A stretch of 12,431 bases of DNA. Origin: a virus. The stretch is from IMG/VR virus record IMGVR_UViG_3300045988_132172, positions 1 through 12,431 of that record; one strand, written 5' to 3'. The position numbers and the translations under genes were made by a program. A model generated the notes under the pieces. The model searched no databases, was not told where the DNA came from, and was given only the letters and a program-made list of their open reading frames with translations. Below, piece after piece: positions 7,289 to 12,431 of this stretch. The first letter of the stretch is position 1. Each line of letters starts with the position of its first letter.

Positions 7289-7317
7289 AATATAATTTTT
7301 TTAAAACAGTTTGTCAA
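7289..7317 (-). promoter_or_regulatory. Candidate late/structural-module promoter inside the 3' end of the ATPase gene
   Basis: On the minus strand: TTGACA (7317-7312), 17-nt spacer, TATATT (7294-7289). The predicted start at about 7281-7284 coincides with the first bases of the 12-bp stem. Confidence 0.5.
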
Positions 7318-8347
7318 TATAGAATTTTACAGAAATGTTCTGATAGCTGATTCTATTTGTCAGACGATAGCTGTCAATCCAGCTATAAAAGCATCTAAAC
7401 TGATCTTTTCCATGCTGACTGTCTTCAAAAACGTCTTTACAAGTGCCAGAAATATGATCCGACACATACAAGTGTGCTTTTGATTTGTGCTCATAAATCG
7501 CAACTTTTCCAATCACACAAATTAGCTTGTATTGCCGGATGTCCTCTGATCTGACATCCGAGACATCATCATATGCAAATTCATTCGATAATGCCATCTT
7601 TGCAAAATCCGTGTCACCAGACAAAGCACGATACAATGCAGTATCTTTTTTCTTTTCTGAAATCGGGGAATCGTTAATCAAAACCAAGATGATTCCTCTC
7701 TCTTTTAGCATGGAAAATTCCTGCTTGTTCTTTTTCATTCGTTCAAAGATTGGCAGCAATCCAAAAGCTTGCACAATTGCATTATCTAATGTGTTTGAGT
7801 TGGAAGCAAGCCACCAGCGGAATGGCTTCTTTCCTTGCAATTCTCTGTTTGCTGATATGGTCTCAACAGCATTTAAAAAAGCATCATCCTCCCCACTGAT
7901 TGACTTAGCGATCTTCTCCGGGATGAACTCATCATAAATCCCCTCAGAGAAATCAGATCCAGAGAAACCACGATTATTATGCATTGAAGTAAGGGAAAAA
8001 GCTTCACCCCTATAAACTTGTTCATCTTCTGTTTGCTCCATGATCTTGATACGCCCATATTCACCTCTGGGCTTTTCAAAATGAAAAAACCTGTTCATAT
8101 GTTTATTGATATCAAGCCACGGATCAAACTCAGGAAGAAATACTTTTGTCAGTTGCTCTTTTGTACGCCTCATATAGATGATCTTCTCATTTTTGGGAAA
8201 AACATCATTGATGAAGTGCTGGAAAATGCCATACGTTTTTCCAGTTCTTCTGGCTCCAATAATGAATATGAAGTTAATTTTATTTTTATCAGCAAGCTGG
8301 ACGATCCTTGGAACGTCCAGCCAACCATTTTTATCGTAGATATTCAT
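7301..8347 (-). CDS. DNA packaging (encapsidation) ATPase, phi29 gp16-like
   Basis: 348 aa (gp16 is about 332 aa). Walker A is IIGARRTGKTY (gp16 VIGARGIGKSY) and Walker B is GIYDEFIPEK (gp16 IVFDEFIREK). IIYMRRT resembles FIYVRR and WWLASNSN resembles CICLSNA. The start ATG directly abuts the SpoVG-like stop (TAAATG). Confidence 0.9.
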   Translation of the reverse strand: MNIYDKNGWLDVPRIVQLADKNKINFIFIIGARRTGKTYGIFQHFINDVFPKNEKIIYMRRTKEQLTKVFLPEFDPWLDINKHMNRFFHFEKPRGEYGRIKIMEQTEDEQVYRGEAFSLTSMHNNRGFSGSDFSEGIYDEFIPEKIAKSISGEDDAFLNAVETISANRELQGKKPFRWWLASNSNTLDNAIVQAFGLLPIFERMKKNKQEFSMLKERGIILVLINDSPISEKKKDTALYRALSGDTDFAKMALSNEFAYDDVSDVRSEDIRQYKLICVIGKVAIYEHKSKAHLYVSDHISGTCKDVFEDSQHGKDQFRCFYSWIDSYRLTNRISYQNISVKFYIDKLF

Positions 8348-8647
8348 TTAGGAAAACCCACCCCCGGATGCTACCGGCTGCGAATTCTTATTGCACTCAT
8401 TGTATTTTTTAATACATGCATTCTCCAATAGCTTTGTCCATTCTTTGTCCAGGCTATATACAGTATTGTGATAATCATCATCACTTCCTTTTTTACTTGG
8501 AAATGACAGAAAAAGACTATCTCCCCATTCTATCAATGTAAGTCCTTTAATTACAAGGGTGTCGTCAAGTTCCAGATCAATAAAAGCTTTTGTTCTTGAC
8601 TTTCCATTATAAGGTTTGCAAGTAATTTTTACGTTTGATTTTAACAT
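8348..8647 (-). CDS. SpoVG-family nucleic-acid-binding protein
   Basis: 99 aa with RBS AGGAGATAAACTAAT before ATG 8647. It follows the SpoVG pattern throughout. KAFIDLELDDTLVIKGLTLIEWGDSLFLSFPSKKGSDDDYHNTVYSL aligns by eye with B. subtilis SpoVG [47 protein letters not shown]. Confidence 0.7.
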   Translation of the reverse strand: MLKSNVKITCKPYNGKSRTKAFIDLELDDTLVIKGLTLIEWGDSLFLSFPSKKGSDDDYHNTVYSLDKEWTKLLENACIKKYNECNKNSQPVASGGGFS

Positions 8648-8662
8648 ATTAGTTTATCTCCT

Positions 8663-8776
8663 TTAATCATCTAACAAAAACCATAATTGACAGCTTGCAA
8701 ACATGCAAGCAAAAGTAACACAAGTCCAGAAAAGAGTTTCAATATCTTCTTTATTTTCTTTCCAGAATTTTTTCAT
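8663..8776 (-). CDS. 37-aa putative membrane micro-protein (not in the supplied ORF track)
   Basis: Hand translation gives MKKFWKENKEDIETLFWTCVTFACMFASCQLWFLLDD, a charged N-terminus followed by about 20 hydrophobic residues. It is preceded by GGAGGTGAAAACC-ATG. The same GGAGGTGAAAAC 12-mer precedes the first early gene at 12207. It fills most of the gap between the polymerase and SpoVG-like genes. Confidence 0.45.
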   Translation of the reverse strand: MKKFWKENKEDIETLFWTCVTFACMFASCQLWFLLDD

Positions 8777-8845
8777 GGTTTTCACCTCCTGTCTATATTA
8801 TTGTAACTTGTTTATATTACAAAACTATTACAGATTTATAATATT

Positions 8846-10969
8846 TTATCCGTATACGGTATCTTCCATTTCAAATGGCAACGGCAATCCTGTTTCCTTG
8901 TCATATGGAATCGTGTGATCTAACTCATATTCTGTTTCTGTCAATCGGATGGCACAACCATATTCAATCCTGCATCCATCAATGGTCAGATCGTGAACCC
9001 CATCATGAAAAATATATTCTGTTTTCATTTTCCACCTGGGATCTTGCCAATCATTCGCCCTGCGGTAGTTCCTGCGATACGTCAAATCATTTTTGAAAAT
9101 AAACCCTTTTCTAAAATTGCTTATATCATCATTAAGGCAATATATCCCCTCTTTTGGCACTCCTGCGACTGTCAGATGCAAAGACTCATCTTTTTTCAAG
9201 CGGTAACAATAACGCTTACTACCCATCGTGATGAACTCACTGTATATCCCATCAAACTCAGCAATTCCAAGCCGAAATGTTTTTTCCTTATACTCTACTA
9301 CACCAATTTTTCTTTTTTCTGACATTTCAATTACAGACTGATTAAACTCATTCAGTTTATCATGATCCCAGTCTGTACCTTTTACAGAATCTGTGTCTGA
9401 GTATAGCCACACCCGGCAGCAGGAACCCAGCCGGAAAAGATAAGCCTGTGCATACGCTGTAATAAATACCCCCCACTGGTAGGGCATAAAACTGTTCTTA
9501 TTCCGATAGAACTTTTCAAGCTCTTTTTCCCTGTCCTCTGGTTCTTTTGCCTCCCACTCTCCGAACTCCATAAGCTCTGTACATAAGATCTGGATGATTC
9601 GCTGTACTGTCATGCCATACATTCCATTAAGCTCCCCTTTTGAGATCATGTAATTTTCTTCGTCCAAATCTTTAAGCGTACATTTTTTAAAAAACAATTC
9701 CATCAAATAGTCGGTAAACCACTTCGGCAAGTAATCTTTTGTAGCTCTCATGACCTTTGACACATCAGCCCAATCGTAATCATAACTTGAAAGGATGACT
9801 TCTAAATCTGGATCCGTAAAAGGATAGATGACAAGATCAGCGTTGACGATCTTTCCATTATCCAAGTTGTCATGGAACTGTTCTTTTTTACTTTTTGCCT
9901 CAGGAAAAACACAAACTTTTGCTTTTGAAAAAGCCAGCGGGGGCATGGGGCACTCTTTTTTCAGTCTCAGATTCTTAAGTCTTATATAGCCGGAAAAAGC
10001 ATAATCTTCTTTCAGTTCCATAATGTCTTTTAATGTTATATTATCAGTATAACAAAAATTCGACATTGGAAATTTACAATAGCACATCCAAGCAATGTAT
10101 GAGCTTGCAAAATCATAGCACTCAACAGGTTCTTTTATCAGCTGATTGACATAATACCTGTTTGCATGGGTATAGCCCCCATGATAGCAATCAACCATTT
10201 GATCGTATTGCTCCAACGTCAGGGCCATTTGTTCAAATTGCTTGCGCCATTTCTTGTCTTTTCTTGCCCTCCTGCGTGCGTTCGTCCGGATAAAGCCTGT
10301 ATTGGTCAACGGACAGTTCGCCACATTAAATCCTCTCTGATCTATGTATTTGCGTAATGCCTTACACAAACTGATCGTATCTGTACAGACATAGGCAATT
10401 TCTTTTGCTGTACGTTGACTTGCTGGCGTTCGGAATTTCTTATAGTCCCATGTTCCGACAGCTTTTTCAGTCGTTCCCATGTCTTTGCATAGTTTCTCAA
10501 GTGATCTTTGTGTTAAGATAAGACTATCCCTGAACTCAATCCCTTGTCCTGTCCATTTCATAAAAATGTATTTATGAGTTTTACTAGCAAGAGATTTATC
10601 CGGTATCCCCCATTTTTGGAAAAAATGGTTACGAAGAAAAACATAGTCATATGGAAAGTTATGCACATAAAAGCGTACAAGGTGACTATTGTCAGCATGT
10701 AAAGTTGTACAGATCCTGTCTATTGTTTCAATCAGATCAGAAACATGATTGCCATAAATACAGCAATCATCCTCTATCGTGATTGTCCAATCCGTGACAA
10801 AGCCAATGTTTTTGTTAAGATAGACAAAAGTCTCCGTATCAACAGTTATAATTTTTTCATAAACTCCTAAATAATGCCCTGCGTTGGATCTCCGGATAAA
10901 ATCACCGTTAAACAGTCGCATATAATCATAGTTCTTAAAATAAATAACTGGATATCCTGCGACTACCAT
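8846..10969 (-). CDS. Protein-primed family-B DNA polymerase (phi29 gp2-like)
   Basis: 707 aa with RBS AGGGGGTAAAGT before ATG 10969. Motifs in canonical order: ExoI VDTETF, ExoII HNFPYDYVF, ExoIII YVCTDTISL, YxGG YHGGYT, motif A YDFASSY, motif B KGELNGMYG, motif C YSDTDS and KxY GSKRY. The long spacing between motifs A and B, and between B and C, is compatible with TPR1/TPR2 insertions. Confidence 0.95.
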   Translation of the reverse strand: MVVAGYPVIYFKNYDYMRLFNGDFIRRSNAGHYLGVYEKIITVDTETFVYLNKNIGFVTDWTITIEDDCCIYGNHVSDLIETIDRICTTLHADNSHLVRFYVHNFPYDYVFLRNHFFQKWGIPDKSLASKTHKYIFMKWTGQGIEFRDSLILTQRSLEKLCKDMGTTEKAVGTWDYKKFRTPASQRTAKEIAYVCTDTISLCKALRKYIDQRGFNVANCPLTNTGFIRTNARRRARKDKKWRKQFEQMALTLEQYDQMVDCYHGGYTHANRYYVNQLIKEPVECYDFASSYIAWMCYCKFPMSNFCYTDNITLKDIMELKEDYAFSGYIRLKNLRLKKECPMPPLAFSKAKVCVFPEAKSKKEQFHDNLDNGKIVNADLVIYPFTDPDLEVILSSYDYDWADVSKVMRATKDYLPKWFTDYLMELFFKKCTLKDLDEENYMISKGELNGMYGMTVQRIIQILCTELMEFGEWEAKEPEDREKELEKFYRNKNSFMPYQWGVFITAYAQAYLFRLGSCCRVWLYSDTDSVKGTDWDHDKLNEFNQSVIEMSEKRKIGVVEYKEKTFRLGIAEFDGIYSEFITMGSKRYCYRLKKDESLHLTVAGVPKEGIYCLNDDISNFRKGFIFKNDLTYRRNYRRANDWQDPRWKMKTEYIFHDGVHDLTIDGCRIEYGCAIRLTETEYELDHTIPYDKETGLPLPFEMEDTVYG

Positions 10970-10982
10970 ACTTTACCCCCTG

Positions 10983-11603
10983 CTATGGTCTATACTTCAA
11001 AGCTTCTGCTTCACTAGCAAAGCCCAGCTGTTTTGCTATTGTGTCGGCTGCATCTGGATCAGTTCTCTCACGGAATTTTTCCAAGTCTTTTATAATCTCA
11101 GAAACCGTAGAATCATCCAGTTTATGACTGATGATTCTCATTGTCTGTTTGCTGTCATAGAATCGCTGCATCCACTTCCATACTTCAGACTTGAAAAATA
11201 ACTTCATTTCCTCTTTAGATTTAAAGTTGATTCCGTATTCTGTACTTAGGGTTTTTTGACGTTGATCTATGATCTCACGCCAGCCCTGCACAGTGCTGCT
11301 CTTTTCTTTCAAAATTTTTTGAATTGCTTTCACTTGAGTTCGTGGCAGAGCCTTGTATTTTTCATTATCCAGATTTTCCGGAATAGTTGACCTACCCGGG
11401 AAAAATCTTGCAAGCAGATCCTGATAGTCTGCATAAGCTCCTCCAACTTCTGAATCAAAGCCTTTTGCCTTTAATCTACGCATACGCTGATTCAGACGTT
11501 TTGCAAGCTGTCTGCGGAGCTGTAAAGCTTCCATAGTAGTAAGCATGTTCGGGTTGACGTTCAAACCCTTTGACGTGGTTGGGATTTTAGGATTCTTTGG
11601 CAT
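10983..11603 (-). CDS. Candidate terminal protein (positional; no recognisable motif)
   Basis: 206 aa, immediately upstream of the PolB gene, which is the canonical TP-pol arrangement in phi29, Cp-1 and PRD1. The N-terminal third is strongly basic (LQLRRQLAKRLNQRMRRLKAKG). It overlaps the preceding ORF by 17 nt. Confidence 0.4.
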   Translation of the reverse strand: MPKNPKIPTTSKGLNVNPNMLTTMEALQLRRQLAKRLNQRMRRLKAKGFDSEVGGAYADYQDLLARFFPGRSTIPENLDNEKYKALPRTQVKAIQKILKEKSSTVQGWREIIDQRQKTLSTEYGINFKSKEEMKLFFKSEVWKWMQRFYDSKQTMRIISHKLDDSTVSEIIKDLEKFRERTDPDAADTIAKQLGFASEAEALKYRP

Positions 11604-11961
11604 TATATATCACACCCTTCATATACTCATAAATGCTATCGTATTCCCTAGTTGTTATGCGAAAATCTAATTCTGGTATTTTAATGATCAAATAAAGATT
11701 CTCACATATAACTCTTGCGTCGTTAATAGTATCATGAACATAAAATGAGGCAATAAAATGATATGATTTAACATTTATTAGAGACTTTGAACGATTGTAC
11801 ATTGTTTTTCGTGCAACTCTCCTTATGACGATTATTACTTCTGGATAGTTTAATTCTATCATGTCTGACCTGTCAAGATCTGGGTTTGATTTCATAAGAG
11901 TCACTACCGGGGCTTTTACCCCGGTATTGGTATATTTGAGTTTTTTGTATTTTGATTTCAT
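11587..11961 (-). CDS. Hypothetical early protein (124 aa)
   Basis: Coding-like ORF whose ATG directly abuts the upstream stop (TAAATG). The N-terminus is basic (MKSKYKKLKYTNTG). No motif recognised. Confidence 0.6.
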   Translation of the reverse strand: MKSKYKKLKYTNTGVKAPVVTLMKSNPDLDRSDMIELNYPEVIIVIRRVARKTMYNRSKSLINVKSYHFIASFYVHDTINDARVICENLYLIIKIPELDFRITTREYDSIYEYMKGVIYNAKES

Positions 11962-12207
11962 TTAGTCTACCTTCTGTTCATCCTCTTTTAATCTCATAAT
12001 CTCTTTAAATAACTCAATAGCTTCTTTATCAGTTGTCGCATTAATAATCTCAACTTCATCAGTTCCCTCATATGCATCAGCAAAGTATCTTGCTCCATTA
12101 TACTCCTTATAAAGAGTATACATATAACCCCAACTTGTTTCAATAGTCATAAGTTCTTTGCCAACATATACTCTGTATCTTCCATATAAAATTTTTCCAT
12201 GCTTCAT
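11962..12207 (-). CDS. Hypothetical early protein (81 aa), first gene of the array
   Basis: The ORF track starts at TTG 12252. I place the start at ATG 12207 (MKHGKILYG...) because it is preceded by AAGGAGGGAGGTGAAAAC. The TTG also lies at or upstream of the transcription start predicted from the ITR promoter. The protein has an acidic C-terminal tail (LKEDEQKVD). Confidence 0.65.
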   Translation of the reverse strand: MKHGKILYGRYRVYVGKELMTIETSWGYMYTLYKEYNGARYFADAYEGTDEVEIINATTDKEAIELFKEIMRLKEDEQKVD

Positions 12208-12255
12208 GTTTTCACCTCCCTCCTTTATGACCTTGCTGTATTTATTTGACAAGTC

Positions 12256-12431
12256 TATTATAGTTCAAATGAGCTAAAACGTCAACAGAATAAGTGACAA
12301 ACTTTGTATGATATTGTCAGACAATTTAATGTTATAGTTGCCTAGCAAGATTCATGCCAGTTTTGCAATTATGAACGAAATATGAACAGATTGGGGAAAT
12401 GTTAACAATTTGTTCACAGGTTGGTCTTGCC
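12256..12431. repeat. Right inverted terminal repeat (ITR-R)
   Basis: Reverse complement of 1-176 with one mismatch (A12300 versus C132). Confidence 0.95.
12257..12285 (-). promoter_or_regulatory. ITR-embedded early promoter, right copy (drives the minus-strand gene array)
   Basis: On the minus strand: TTGACG (12285-12280), 17-nt spacer, TATAAT (12262-12257). The predicted start near 12250 gives a leader of about 43 nt ending in a strong RBS before ATG 12207. Confidence 0.65.

Noticed and set aside
1567-8079. Nested minus-strand ORFs in alternative frames (1567..1773, 1936..2133, 2843..3055, 4311..4526, 7873..8079)
   Set aside because: They lie entirely inside or across better-supported genes (lower collar, connector, tail knob/endolysin, ATPase). 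They have no RBS and implausible composition.
8795-8822. Promoter-like matches between the polymerase gene and the micro-ORF (TTGTAA-16 nt-TAATAT, or TACAAT with a poor -35)
   Set aside because: The first would start transcription inside the downstream RBS. The second lacks a credible -35. The region is AT-rich enough to give such matches by chance. A middle promoter here is possible but not supported.
1154-10357. All plus-strand ORFs in the track (1154..1348, 1601..1933, 2256..2504, 3137..3433, 4845..5186, 5360..5623, 5830..6018, 6847..7035, 7527..7937, 8018..8431, 8703..8918, 8875..9096, 8993..9322, 10166..10357)
   Set aside because: Each lies antisense within a longer minus-strand gene that has recognisable domains. 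Their translations are Cys/Phe/Ser-rich and low in complexity, as expected for shadow frames, and I saw no GGAGG-type RBS before them. 8703..8918 crosses the gap after the polymerase gene, but it has no RBS and overlaps the better-supported minus-strand micro-ORF.
12208-12252. TTG-initiated 15-codon N-terminal extension of the first early gene (track start 12252)
   Set aside because: The extension contains the gene's own strong RBS (AAGGAGGGAGGTG). The TTG also sits at or upstream of the transcription start predicted from the ITR promoter. ATG 12207 is the supported start.
1-12431. Alternative identities: polinton-like, casposon or linear-plasmid element, or a prophage fragment
   Set aside because: ITRs plus a protein-primed PolB occur in those elements. 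Here, however, the ATPase, connector, tail knob and HK97-type capsid resemble phi29 virion genes. There is no integrase, Cas1 or double-jelly-roll capsid, and there is no flanking host sequence because the ITRs sit at the window ends.
1-12431. CRISPR arrays, tandem repeats, rRNA/tRNA genes, recoded stop codons
   Set aside because: I saw no spaced direct repeats or cloverleaf candidates. All genes read through in the standard code with normal stops.

Overview
This window appears to be the complete linear genome (12,431 bp) of a very small phi29-like, protein-primed podophage, probably infecting a Gram-positive (Bacillota-type) host. Both window ends are 176-bp inverted terminal repeats (ITRs) with one mismatch. 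All 16 credible genes lie on the minus strand in one tightly packed array read from the right end. Most have GGAGG-type ribosome-binding sites, and several are joined by ATGA, TAATG or TAAATG junctions. In reading order the array holds three small early proteins, the third being a positional candidate for the terminal protein. Next come a family-B protein-primed DNA polymerase with all exonuclease and polymerase motifs, a 37-aa membrane micro-ORF missing from the ORF track, a SpoVG-fold protein and a phi29 gp16-like packaging ATPase. The structural and lysis genes follow: putative scaffold, gp8-like major capsid protein, a 103-aa orphan, BhlA/UviB-type holin, NlpC/P60+SH3b endolysin, gp9-like tail knob, gp10-like connector, a lower collar (gp11 position) and an SGNH-esterase tail appendage. 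Non-coding signals include a near-consensus SigA-type promoter inside both ITR copies; the left copy faces antisense into the operon end. A second near-consensus promoter sits in the 3' end of the ATPase gene and fires directly into a 72-nt branched hairpin plus U-tract, in the only sizeable intergenic gap. A terminator hairpin follows the last gene. No tRNA, CRISPR array, integrase or plus-strand gene is supported. All homology calls rest on motifs read by eye and remembered phi29 sequences, so they need database confirmation.
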